From an uncultured bacterium (GTDB taxonomy: Bacteria; Krumholzibacteriota; Krumholzibacteriia; Krumholzibacteriales; Krumholzibacteriaceae), in contig CBDUYR010000038.1 in assembly GCA_965371515.1 (NCBI GenBank), positions 1 through 26,762 of the forward strand: a DNA stretch of 26,762 nucleotides, in the 5' to 3' direction. Made by a program: the position numbers and the translations under genes. Each line of letters starts with the position of its first letter. Positions within the stretch are counted from its first letter, which is position 1. Below, one piece after another: positions 1-8,788 of the stretch. Under the pieces are notes generated by a model. The model did no database searches. It was not told the DNA's origin and was given only the letters and a program-made list of their open reading frames with translations.

Positions 1-103
1 GTCGGGCATTATGAAATACGAAAAGAGGTTTAAGAGGACCACGAGGATTAAAACGGTTTTCAGAACGGTTCGCGCATTAAACATGATACGCGCCTCCGGT
101 CAT

Positions 104-139
104 GGGCAGAGGGTCCGCCTGATGGCGGACCCTCTGCCC
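104..139. terminator. Perfect 16-bp GC-rich stem-loop downstream of the dcp-like gene (terminator or mRNA 3' stabilizer)
   Basis: GGGCAGAGGGTCCGCC-TGAT-GGCGGACCCTCTGCCC, ~35 nt past the stop at 174; no clear U-tract on the minus strand. Confidence 0.6.
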
Positions 140-173
140 GTATATAACCGTTTCCCCGCCGATTTATTCGATC

Positions 174-2273
174 CTAGTTCAGGCCCCTTCTCTCGAGAAG
201 CGGCTGGATACTCGGAATCGCTCCCCTGAACTGTACGTACAGCTTCATCGGATCCTCCGAGCCGCCCTTGGCCAGAATATTCTCTCTGAACAACTGCGCC
301 GTCTGGCGATCGAATATGCCGTTCTCCCTGAACGCCTGGAAGGCATCGGCGTCGAGCACTTCGGCCCAGATGTAGCTGTAGTAGCCGGAGGCGTATCCGC
401 TCGTGAAGATATGCCTGAAATATGTCGACCTGTACCTCGACTTGATCTCCGGGATCAGGCCGATGCTGCCCAGATTATCGTTCTCGAACTTCCTCACATC
501 TAGTACGAACTGCTTGTCTATCGTGTGGTAGTCCATATCGAGAAGCGATGCGGCGAGGTACTCGGTCGCGGCGAATCCCTGGTTGAACTTCTTCGCCTTC
601 TTTATCTTCTCGATGAGTTCGTCGGGGATCGGCTCGCCGGTCTTGTAGTGCTTCGCGTACAGCTTCAGTACCGCCGGATCGGTCGCCCAGTTCTCCATGA
701 TCTGCGATGGCAGCTCGACGAAATCGGTCGCGACAGCCGTGCCGGTAAGGGCCGGATAGGAGCCGTTTGACAGCAGGCCGTGCAGGCCGTGCCCCATCTC
801 ATGGAAGAGGGTGTTGACCTCATCGAAGGTCAGCAGCGAAGGCATGCCGCCAGTCGGCTTGGAGAAGTTGCCGACGTTGTAGACGAGAGGCGAAACCATC
901 TCACCGTCGATCGTCCTCGACTGCTTACGGAACGTGCCCATCCACGCGCCGCCTCTCTTGCTCTCCCTGGGAAAGTAATCGCAGAAGAAGATGCCTATGT
1001 GCCTGCCGTCCTCCTCCTTGACCTCGAAAACGCGGACGTCCTCGTGATACACGGGCACGTCCTTGATCTCGGTGAAAGTTATGCCCCAGAGCCTGTTGCA
1101 TACCATGAAGCAGCCGTCCAGGACGCTTTCGAGCTGGAAGTAGGGCTTGAGGACCTCATCGTCGAGATCGTACTTCTCCTTCTTCAGCTTCTCGGCATAG
1201 TACCACCAGTCCCAGCTCTCGAGCTTGAAATCGCCACCATCGCGGTCGATAATCGCCTGGAAGAGAGCGCGCTCTTCCTTTGCCTTGTTGAGCGCAGGGG
1301 TCCAGAGCTGGCCGAGGAGGTCGTATACGTTCTCGGGGATCTTCGCCATCGATTCCTCGAGAGCGAAGTGCGAGTAGGTCTTGTATCCAAGGAGGTTCGA
1401 CCTGTCGAGCCTCAGCGCTACTATCTTCTTAATGATATCCTTGTTGTCGAATTCATTGTCGTTGTCGCCCATCATGAACCAGGCAGTGTAGATCTTCTCG
1501 CGAAGATCCCTCCTCTCGGAGTACTGGAGGAAAGGTATCCAGCTTGGCTTGTGCAGGGTGAAGAGCCACTTGCCCTCGTAACCCTTCGCTGCGGCTGCCT
1601 CGGAGGCGCCGCTGACTACAAAATCGGGCAGGCCGACGAGGTCCTTCTCATCGTCGAGGACCATCTCGAAGTTGTTCGTTTCCTTCAGGATATTTTCGCC
1701 GAACTGAAGTGTCAGGAGCGAGAGTTCCTTGTTGATGGCGCGGAGCTTCTCCTTGGCCTCGGGACCGAGGTCGGCACCGTTCCGTACGAATCTTTTGTAG
1801 TAATCATCGAGCAACTTGTCCTGCTCGGGCGTGAGCGCGAGCGACAGCCTCGCCTCATGAATAACCTTGATCCTCTTGAAGAGATTGTCGTTGAGGATGA
1901 TGTTATCCCGATGCTCGGACAGCAGCGGGGCCGCTTCCTTCGCTATCGCCTGCATCTGCTCGTTGGTAATCGCCGAGTTGAGGCTGAAGAAAACCTCGGT
2001 GACCCTGTCAAGCAACTCGCCGCTGTACTCGATGGCGAGGATCGTGTTCTCGAATGTCGGATGCTCGGCGCTGTTCGCGATCGTGTCCATCTCCGCCTGG
2101 TGCTGAATTATTCCTTCCCTCATGGCGGGCATGTAATGCTCTTCCCTTATCTCGGAAAAGGCCGGGATCTGGTAAGGCGTATCCCATTCCGTGTAAAAAG
2201 GATTCTGTTGCTGTGGCGAGCATGCGAGCAGCAGCAGGACGACCAGCAGTGGCGCGAAAAATTTTCTCTTCAT
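174..2273 (-). CDS. dcp: M3 family metallopeptidase (peptidyl-dipeptidase Dcp-like), predicted lipoprotein
   Basis: HEXXH zinc motif FHEMGHGLH, DFVELPSQIMENW, KRGGAWM, GYYSYIWAEVLDADAF; lipobox LLAC after a basic/hydrophobic N-terminus; AGGAGG RBS. Confidence 0.93.
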   Translation of the reverse strand: MKRKFFAPLLVVLLLLACSPQQQNPFYTEWDTPYQIPAFSEIREEHYMPAMREGIIQHQAEMDTIANSAEHPTFENTILAIEYSGELLDRVTEVFFSLNSAITNEQMQAIAKEAAPLLSEHRDNIILNDNLFKRIKVIHEARLSLALTPEQDKLLDDYYKRFVRNGADLGPEAKEKLRAINKELSLLTLQFGENILKETNNFEMVLDDEKDLVGLPDFVVSGASEAAAAKGYEGKWLFTLHKPSWIPFLQYSERRDLREKIYTAWFMMGDNDNEFDNKDIIKKIVALRLDRSNLLGYKTYSHFALEESMAKIPENVYDLLGQLWTPALNKAKEERALFQAIIDRDGGDFKLESWDWWYYAEKLKKEKYDLDDEVLKPYFQLESVLDGCFMVCNRLWGITFTEIKDVPVYHEDVRVFEVKEEDGRHIGIFFCDYFPRESKRGGAWMGTFRKQSRTIDGEMVSPLVYNVGNFSKPTGGMPSLLTFDEVNTLFHEMGHGLHGLLSNGSYPALTGTAVATDFVELPSQIMENWATDPAVLKLYAKHYKTGEPIPDELIEKIKKAKKFNQGFAATEYLAASLLDMDYHTIDKQFVLDVRKFENDNLGSIGLIPEIKSRYRSTYFRHIFTSGYASGYYSYIWAEVLDADAFQAFRENGIFDRQTAQLFRENILAKGGSEDPMKLYVQFRGAIPSIQPLLERRGLN

Positions 2274-2333
2274 CCCTTCATTCCTCCTGTCTAAAGTGTA
2301 TGTGTTGCCTCGGAACCGGCTGCCGGACGGCCG

Positions 2334-2531
2334 TCAGTCCTTCTCTCTGTTTCTGCACTTGATATCGCTGATTATCGAGACGACCGACGCTCCTCCTGTG
2401 AATCCGCTGAAAAAGACCGTCAGAACGAAAGCCAGCCTGACCTCACTTCCCGTGGAGAGCATCGAGGAGAGAAGAGCGGCGATAATCGATACCAGGATCC
2501 CGACGATCGAGATCCGTGTTCTTACTCTCAT
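2334..2531 (-). CDS. Small hypothetical membrane protein with two hydrophobic helices
   Basis: 65 aa; ISIVGILVSIIAALLSSML and LAFVLTVFFSGFTGGASVVSII hydrophobic segments; AAGGTG precedes the ATG at 2531 (alternative GTG at 2537). Confidence 0.6.
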   Translation of the reverse strand: MRVRTRISIVGILVSIIAALLSSMLSTGSEVRLAFVLTVFFSGFTGGASVVSIISDIKCRNREKD

Positions 2532-2564
2532 CTTCACCTTTCAGGGTCTGTGTAATGAGACATC

Positions 2565-2883
2565 CGCCCCAGCTCAAAGACCTCGCATCCCCGCCGTGCA
2601 CTTACTCTGAGACCGACTTCAGTGTCTTTTTAAGCACGTCCTGGAGCATCTGCTTATCAAGGCTCAGATCTACTACCAGCAGCTTGAGCTTCCTGTTTTC
2701 TTCCTCCAGCTGCTTCAGGCGCTGAAGCTCAACAACACCCATCCCGTCATACTCGTTCTTCCAGCGGTAAAATGTCTTTTCGGTTATGCCGAGATTTCCA
2801 CATAGCTCGGCGACTGGAGTACCACTTTCTGCTTGTCTAAGGATGTTGCTGATCTGCTCTTCAGTGAATTGTTTCTTCTTCAT
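2565..2883 (-). mobile_element. Decayed IS3-family (IS407-like) insertion sequence remnant: orfA plus a trace of the orfB N-terminus
   Basis: Typical OrfA; AAAAAG at the usual frameshift position; -1 frame reads RVSARRGCEVFEL (cf. OrfB-type VSERRACRVLGL); no DDE domain and no terminal inverted repeats recognised. Confidence 0.7.
2602..2883 (-). CDS. IS3-family transposase OrfA (HTH + leucine zipper)
   Basis: KKQFTEEQI...VAELC..LGITEKTFYRWK..Y.GM...RLKQLEEENRKLKLLVVDLSLDKQMLQDVLKK matches the OrfA pattern; GAGGGG RBS. Confidence 0.9.
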   Translation of the reverse strand: MKKKQFTEEQISNILRQAESGTPVAELCGNLGITEKTFYRWKNEYDGMGVVELQRLKQLEEENRKLKLLVVDLSLDKQMLQDVLKKTLKSVSE

Positions 2884-2980
2884 CCGGTCCCCCTCGAGAC
2901 GACCTCATTATACACTATTAATAACTCTGGCCGTTGATCTGCTTTTCGGCAGCTGACCACCAGTTACCGAAAATACGAAA

Positions 2981-4420
2981 CTACCAGTTGCCCGACTCGA
3001 GATACTCGTTGATCGCGACGGCGGCCTTGCGGCCCTGACCCATTGCGAGGATTACCGTGGCGGCTCCGAGAACGATATCGCCCCCGGCGAAGACACCCTT
3101 CTTGCTCGTCTTCATCGTCGCCTCGTCAACGGTGATGTTACCCCACTTGTTCGTCGAGATGTCGGGAGTCGTATCTGGGATAAGCGGATTCGACGAATTT
3201 CCGATCGAGACGATACAGGTATCGATATCGATAGTAAATTCACTGTCCGGTATCGGAACGGGGCGGCGCCTGCCCGAGTCGTCGGGCTCACCGAGTTCCA
3301 TCTTGATGCATTCGACCTGTCTGACCCAGCCGTTCTCGTCCCCTATCAGGCGGATCGGGTTCTGAAGCAGGAGGAACTGGACGCCCTCTTCCTCTGCGTG
3401 ATGGACCTCCTCGACCCTTGCCGGCATCTCGGCCTTCGAACGGCGATAGACGAGGTAGACGTTCTCCGCGCCGAGCCTCAGCGCGGTGCGGGCGGAATCC
3501 ATCGCGACGTTCCCGCCGCCGAAGACTGCCACGTTCTTCGATTTCACTATCGGTGTGTCGGTCTCGGGGAAGGAGTACGCCTGCATCAGGTTGGCCCTGG
3601 TGAGGTACTCATTCGCCGAATAGACGCCATTGAGGTTCTCGCCGGCGATGCGCATGAACATCGGGAGCCCCGCGCCGGTCGCGATGAACACGGAGTCGAA
3701 GCCCTCCTCGCCGAGGAGCTCGTCGACGGTGAAGATCTTGCCGATGACATAGTTGTATTTCACGTCGACGCCCATATTCTCGAGGTTCTCGACCTCCTTC
3801 ATAACAATCCGTTTGGGGAGGCGGAACTCGGGGATGCCGTATATCAGCACGCCGCCGGGCTTGTGAAGCGCCTCGAAGATAGTCACCTCGTGACCCTCGC
3901 GGCGCACGTCGGCCGCCACGGTCAGGCCGGCCGGGCCTGAGCCGACGATGGCCACTTTCTTGCCCGTCGCCGGCTTGATCTCGGGCATCTTCGTCTCGCT
4001 CTTCTCCATCTCCCAGTCGGCGAGGAAACGCTCGAGCTTGCCGATCTGGACAGCGTTGTCTGTCGACTTGAGACTCTTGCCGACTACGCAGTAGAGCTGG
4101 CACTGCTCCTCCTGCGGGCATACGCGGCCACAGACGGCGGGCAGAATGTTCGTCTCCTTGATTATATCGACACCACTGCGGAAGTCGCCTTCGACGATAG
4201 CCTTGAGGAATTCCGGTATGTTGATCTCTACGGGACAGCCCGCTATGCAGGGCGCCTTCTTGCACTGCAGGCATCTGGTAGCCTCGAGCATCGCCTGTTC
4301 GTCGGTATAGCCGGCCGGGACCTCCTGCACATTGTGAATCCGTTCCTTCGCATCCTGCTCGGACATCATCTGGACCGGGATCGCCAACCTCTCCTTCGGC
4401 GTCAACTTCTTCTCTTCCAT
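2981..4420 (-). CDS. nfnB: NADH-dependent ferredoxin:NADP+ oxidoreductase large subunit (NfnB/SudA, GltD-like)
   Basis: RCLQCKKAPCIAGCP and CGRVCPQEEQC Fe-S motifs; GSGPAG (FAD); GGGNVAMD and YRR (NADPH); GGDIVLGAATVILAMGQG; adjacent to nfnA with no gltB in the window. Confidence 0.88.
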   Translation of the reverse strand: MEEKKLTPKERLAIPVQMMSEQDAKERIHNVQEVPAGYTDEQAMLEATRCLQCKKAPCIAGCPVEINIPEFLKAIVEGDFRSGVDIIKETNILPAVCGRVCPQEEQCQLYCVVGKSLKSTDNAVQIGKLERFLADWEMEKSETKMPEIKPATGKKVAIVGSGPAGLTVAADVRREGHEVTIFEALHKPGGVLIYGIPEFRLPKRIVMKEVENLENMGVDVKYNYVIGKIFTVDELLGEEGFDSVFIATGAGLPMFMRIAGENLNGVYSANEYLTRANLMQAYSFPETDTPIVKSKNVAVFGGGNVAMDSARTALRLGAENVYLVYRRSKAEMPARVEEVHHAEEEGVQFLLLQNPIRLIGDENGWVRQVECIKMELGEPDDSGRRRPVPIPDSEFTIDIDTCIVSIGNSSNPLIPDTTPDISTNKWGNITVDEATMKTSKKGVFAGGDIVLGAATVILAMGQGRKAAVAINEYLESGNW

Positions 4421-4427
4421 ACCACCC

Positions 4428-4454
4428 GCGGCCTATTGCGGCCGCTACCTCCTT
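4428..4454 (-). promoter_or_regulatory. Strong SD separated from the nfnB start codon by a hairpin
   Basis: Minus strand reads AAGGAGGT-A-GCGGCC(GCAATA)GGCCGC-GGGTGGT-ATG. Confidence 0.6.
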
Positions 4455-4470
4455 CTATTCAAAACGGATA

Positions 4471-5298
4471 TCACTGCTGGCTTTCGTACAGGTCCATCGA
4501 TTCCTTTTCCTGCACTTCGTACATGCGCTGGCGCTTCATCATCTCGTCGAAATCGACCTTGTGTCCGTCGAATTCCGGGCCGTCGACACAGACAAACTTC
4601 GTGCTGTCGCCAACGGTGACCCTGCACGCCCCGCACATCCCGGTGCCATCGACCATTATCGTGTTGAGGCTGACCAGCGTCGGAATGTCGTACTTCCTGG
4701 TCAGCAGAGATACGAACTTCATCATAATCGGAGGACCGACGGCGACGACCAGATCGATCTTCAGTCCCTCGTCGATCAGCTTCTGGAGAGCGTCGGTGAC
4801 CAGCCCCTTCTCGCCGTACGATCCGTCATCGGTCATGATGAGAACGCGGTCGCTGCATGCAGCCATCTTCTTTTCCATTATCACGAGATCCTTCGACCTT
4901 CCACCGAGAATCGAGATCACGTTGTTTCCCGCCGCCTTCATCGCCTGGGTAATCGGATGCGCGGGAGCGATCCCGACCCCACCGCCGACAATAACGACGG
5001 TTCCGAAGAGCTCTATATGCGTAGGCTTTCCCAGGGGTCCGACGAAATCGCGGAGCTCGTCCCCGGCCTCGAACTTCGATAACTCCTTCGTCGACTTACC
5101 GACTACCTGTATGATCAGCTCGATCGTCCCCTTCTCAGCGTCGGCGTCGGCTATCGTCAACGGTATTCGCTCGCCGACGTCGCTCGTGCGCAGGATAATG
5201 AACTGTCCCGCCATCCTCTTCCTCGCGATGTCGGGAGCCTCGACAATCATCCTGAAGACCTGAGGCGAGATGAATTCCTTTTCGATAATCTTGTTCAT
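4471..5298 (-). CDS. nfnA: NADH-dependent ferredoxin:NADP+ oxidoreductase small subunit (NfnA/SudB, PyrK-like)
   Basis: GQFIILR, ERIPLTIAD, GPLG, GGGVG; Asp-ligated [2Fe-2S] motif MVDGTGMCGACRV...CVDGPEF. Confidence 0.9.
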   Translation of the reverse strand: MNKIIEKEFISPQVFRMIVEAPDIARKRMAGQFIILRTSDVGERIPLTIADADAEKGTIELIIQVVGKSTKELSKFEAGDELRDFVGPLGKPTHIELFGTVVIVGGGVGIAPAHPITQAMKAAGNNVISILGGRSKDLVIMEKKMAACSDRVLIMTDDGSYGEKGLVTDALQKLIDEGLKIDLVVAVGPPIMMKFVSLLTRKYDIPTLVSLNTIMVDGTGMCGACRVTVGDSTKFVCVDGPEFDGHKVDFDEMMKRQRMYEVQEKESMDLYESQQ

Positions 5299-5452
5299 GT
5301 TTGACCGTTTCTATTTGTCAACCTCTTGAAAACTCAAGGGATACAGGCGACCCGATCCCTTCGTATTTAAGATATCGTACAGAAATCAAAGTGCATAAGT
5401 ACCAGATGTTCCGGGTCTCAATCAAGAGATTTCTACCCGGTCCCTGCTCCCG

Positions 5453-6802
5453 TCAAACGTGTCTCTCCAACTCGTCGAGCGCTATTCCAAGCTCCTCGGC
5501 GGTCTTCTCCCTGTCGCCTCCGAAATACTCGAGCGTCCTGGCGACATGCTCCTTTATGACCTCTTCGAGCTTCCTCGGCATGAACGGCAGGCCCTCGACA
5601 ACCGCGGAGGGAGAAATCCTCTCCCTGATCGTCGCGGACAGAGAATCGACCGTTATCCTGTCCGACTCCTCGTTCGCCACTGCAAATGCGACGATTGTGC
5701 GAAGCTCCTGGATGTTCGTCGGGAAGGAGTAACTCTGCAGCAGCTCGAGGAACTCATCGGAGAAACCGATTATCGTCTTGCTGGTCTTCTCCCGCTCCTC
5801 GCGGAGGAACTGTTCGGCCAGCAGGGGTATGTCCCCTAATCTTTCGCGCAAAGGCGGAATCTGGATCGAGTTGACCATCAGGTGGTATAGAAGGTCCCTC
5901 GAGAACGTATCCTTGTATTCGGGCTGCGTGAGGTCGTGCGTCGATGAGACGATCAGTCTCACGTCGATCTTCCTGATCTTTGTCGAGTTCTCCCTGTAAT
6001 ATTCGTCCTTCTGGATGACCCGCTTCAGCCTGACCTGCATCGGAAGGGGCAGCGCATCGATATTGTTGAGGAACAGTGTGCCCCCGTTCGCCTGCTCGAG
6101 GACGCCTGCCGCCTCCTCACGCGAGCCGCTCCAGTCCCTGTCCTGCCCGAAGAAGAATCCCGGGAACTTCTCGGAATCCTGGGAATCGGCCTCGACTGCT
6201 ATGAAGGGCTTGTCGCTCTTCGAGCTGGAATTGTGGATCGCCCTCGCCAGCGCCTCTTTGCCCGTTCCGCTCTCTCCCCAGATAAAGATACCGAGGTCGC
6301 TCGGAGCAAGCTTCTCGATCTGGTGAAAGAGCCTGATCATGCCCGGATCCTGCGTGGTGCACTGGTCGAACACCGCTTCGTGCGCGAGACCCTGCTTGCT
6401 CAGTTCGGTGGGAAGATCATCGATCTCACGGTTCAGCACCCCGTGCGCCATCGCGTTGTCGAGCACCTCGAGCAGCTTGTCTTCGTCGACCGGCTTGGTC
6501 AGGTAGTCGAACGCCCCGAGCTTCATCGATCTCACGGCAAGTGTCACGTCGCTCACGCCTGTGAGAACCACCACCGGCGTCTCGTCACCATTGTTTCTCA
6601 TCTTCTGCAGGATATCCATTCCGCTGACGTTCGGCATGTCCATATCGAGCAGGATTACGTCGAACGATTCGGAAGCGAGCTTTTCCTCGACTTCCCTTGA
6701 ATCGTTGATCACTGCAGGCTCGAATATCCCCGTCTGCACGAGAAAGACCATCAGGTAATTGGTCACGGCGGTATCGTCGTCTACTATGAGGATCTTCTTC
6801 AT
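5453..6802 (-). CDS. NtrC-like response regulator (REC-AAA+-Fis HTH) with degenerate sigma54-activator motifs
   Basis: REC (IVDDD, LLDMDMP, LTG, TKP); Walker A GESGTGKE; C-terminal HTH; ATGA overlap with the kinase stop. Confidence 0.9.
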   Translation of the reverse strand: MKKILIVDDDTAVTNYLMVFLVQTGIFEPAVINDSREVEEKLASESFDVILLDMDMPNVSGMDILQKMRNNGDETPVVVLTGVSDVTLAVRSMKLGAFDYLTKPVDEDKLLEVLDNAMAHGVLNREIDDLPTELSKQGLAHEAVFDQCTTQDPGMIRLFHQIEKLAPSDLGIFIWGESGTGKEALARAIHNSSSKSDKPFIAVEADSQDSEKFPGFFFGQDRDWSGSREEAAGVLEQANGGTLFLNNIDALPLPMQVRLKRVIQKDEYYRENSTKIRKIDVRLIVSSTHDLTQPEYKDTFSRDLLYHLMVNSIQIPPLRERLGDIPLLAEQFLREEREKTSKTIIGFSDEFLELLQSYSFPTNIQELRTIVAFAVANEESDRITVDSLSATIRERISPSAVVEGLPFMPRKLEEVIKEHVARTLEYFGGDREKTAEELGIALDELERHV

Positions 6803-8784
6803 TTCTGCTCCCCGGCCGGCGGCGCGGCCCTGAGGGCTGGGATCCGGATGATAAAGGTGGTCCCTACGCCCGGCTTGCTTCTGACCTGGATCTTGCCGTT
6901 GTGCTCCTCGATTATCCGGTAGGCAATGGCCAGCCCGAGCCCCGTGCCTCCCTTGGCCCTCTTCGTTGTGAAGAATGGATTGAATATCTGGTTTACAGTG
7001 CTCTCGTTCATCCCCTTGCCGTTGTCCTCGACGAGGATCGTTATCCTTTCCTTCTCGTATTGAGTCGCCACCTTGATCAAACCCCTGCGTACGTCCGGTA
7101 TCGCCTGACTGGCGTTGACGATCAGGTTGATCAGCACCTGCTCGATCTTCTGCGAGTTGCCGGTGAAGGCGGCGATTCCAGGCGCGAGATCGAGCTCAAT
7201 ATCGGCGTTCTTGTGAACCTCGTTGTGAACGAGCCTCGCCGCCGTCTCTATCAGCGTGTTTATGTCGACCTGGTCGACGAGAAGCCCCTCGTCCTTGCGG
7301 GTAAAGGTCCTCAGTCCCTCGACTATCGCCTTGATCCTCTCCGACCCGTGCGCCATATCATCGACGAGCGTCATGATGTGCTCGCGGAAAAAATCGTATT
7401 GCAGCCTGGCGATCTTAAGGTCGGGGTGTTCCTTGACGTAGTCGTCGACTATCGGCAGCATGTCCTCGAGCGACTGCTGTATGATCCTGATGTTTCCACG
7501 GATGAACTGGTTCGGGTTGTTTATCTCATGACCGATGCCGCTGACGAGCTGGCCGATCGAGGCAAGCTTGTCTGCCTGCTGGAGCTGCTGGTCGTACGTC
7601 TTCTCGAGTGTGATGTCTCGGTAGAACTCGAGGATCCCGTCGACTTCGTGGTCCTGGTTGAATACGGGAAGGGCGTGGACCTGGACATACCGCTCGTCCA
7701 TCTTCATCGTCAATGTCACCGGCATCTTGTCGCGGAGGATCCTGGCCAGACGGCAGTCCTCACACGGCTTGTCGCGGTGGAAATAACTCGTGTAGCAGTA
7801 GTTCCCCGGCTCGATATCCTTCCGGTTCGTCATCACGACCTTATGCTTCTTGTCGATCAGGACAACGTCGTCGGGAATGACCTTGAACATCGTCTCGAGC
7901 CTCGACTTCGACTCCTCCCAGCCCCCCTTGACGCGGTCGAGGTATGAATCGACTATGCTGAGCTTGCTCTTCTGTTCCCCGAGCTCCTTTGTCTTCGATT
8001 CGATCTCGCTGCGCAGCTGATCGAGGCGCTTGTTGAAGTCCTCTTCTTCTTCCTCCATCAGGTGGAGCTTCTCCCCGAACTCCTTGCGCTCGAGGGCCAG
8101 CATGAGGATCCTCCCGATCTCGTCGAGCAGCCTCTGCTCCTCGGGAAGGAGTTCGTGTTCGTCATCGTGATAACCGACGAGGATCTCGCCCTTTTCCTCC
8201 TCCGCCACTACAATCGGCACCCTGAGATGGCTTTTCGACGTCGGTTTCTGTCCGTACTCTACTCCCTGGTATCTCGAGTAGATCACCGACTCATCGGGAT
8301 AGAGCATCCCCTGGCCGAGCGTCTTGGGAAGTCGCATGAAAAAATCGGAAATAGAAGAGGAAACCTCGATAAGTTCGGCAACGCTGTAGAGACTGGCGAG
8401 TTCCTTGATCCTCTCGTCCTTTTCCCACGCGTCGCCCTTGGTCATACCCTTGAAACTGTTTCCGAAAAGAAGGTAGATGTCGCCGCTCTCGCCGATCAAG
8501 TGCCCGGCCTTGAGCGGAATGCTCGAGGAACCGCTGTCCTCTGTAGAGAGGACCACTATTCCGCGGGTTCCCGCCTTCGCCTGGATCATCGCCGACCTGA
8601 CGGTGGCGGCTGAGGAGCTGGTGAGCAGTTTCTCGATCGATCTGCCCTCGAGCGATCCGTTATCGGGGAACGCGTCCGAGGCGATCTTCTCGCTCGCGTG
8701 AATCACCTTCGCACTCTCGTCAAGCACAAAGAGGTAATCGAAGCTTTCCTCCATGAAATCGAAGAAATTCTCGAGCTTCAGCAT
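6799..8784 (-). CDS. Cytoplasmic PAS/GAF-like/PAS sensor histidine kinase (NtrB-like)
   Basis: H-box GHEINNP, N-box QVLINLIVNA, DNGKG, FNPFFTTK, GTGLGL; coiled coil; no transmembrane segment seen. Confidence 0.92.
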   Translation of the reverse strand: MLKLENFFDFMEESFDYLFVLDESAKVIHASEKIASDAFPDNGSLEGRSIEKLLTSSSAATVRSAMIQAKAGTRGIVVLSTEDSGSSSIPLKAGHLIGESGDIYLLFGNSFKGMTKGDAWEKDERIKELASLYSVAELIEVSSSISDFFMRLPKTLGQGMLYPDESVIYSRYQGVEYGQKPTSKSHLRVPIVVAEEEKGEILVGYHDDEHELLPEEQRLLDEIGRILMLALERKEFGEKLHLMEEEEEDFNKRLDQLRSEIESKTKELGEQKSKLSIVDSYLDRVKGGWEESKSRLETMFKVIPDDVVLIDKKHKVVMTNRKDIEPGNYCYTSYFHRDKPCEDCRLARILRDKMPVTLTMKMDERYVQVHALPVFNQDHEVDGILEFYRDITLEKTYDQQLQQADKLASIGQLVSGIGHEINNPNQFIRGNIRIIQQSLEDMLPIVDDYVKEHPDLKIARLQYDFFREHIMTLVDDMAHGSERIKAIVEGLRTFTRKDEGLLVDQVDINTLIETAARLVHNEVHKNADIELDLAPGIAAFTGNSQKIEQVLINLIVNASQAIPDVRRGLIKVATQYEKERITILVEDNGKGMNESTVNQIFNPFFTTKRAKGGTGLGLAIAYRIIEEHNGKIQVRSKPGVGTTFIIRIPALRAAPPAGEQK

Positions 8785-8788
8785 GCTG

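Noticed and set aside
11..229. 72-aa + strand ORF at the window start
   Set aside because: Runs through the 16-bp hairpin and overlaps the dcp 3' end; no RBS visible and no recognisable motif
780..2294. 504-aa + strand ORF, and similar long ORFs at 6901-7947, 9336-10274, 10640-12166, 12562-14277 and 17643-19352
   Set aside because: Antisense shadows of well-supported minus-strand genes, expected with GC-rich codon bias; no recognisable motifs
3255..3305. Nucleotide similarity with ~11225-11275
   Set aside because: Reflects the conserved GEPDDSGRRRPVP motif of two GltD-like paralogs with synonymous differences, not a DNA repeat
2981..4420. Glutamate synthase small subunit (gltD)
   Set aside because: No gltB adjacent; pairing with a PyrK-like nfnA indicates NfnAB
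5299..5452. Short inverted repeats upstream of nfnA (CTTGA-N4-TCAAG at 5325-5338; TTGAC-N11-GTCAA at 5301-5321) as a Rex box or promoter
   Set aside because: Poor match to the Rex consensus TTGTGAA-N4-TTCACAA; 5-bp arms can arise by chance; the TTGACA has no suitably spaced -10
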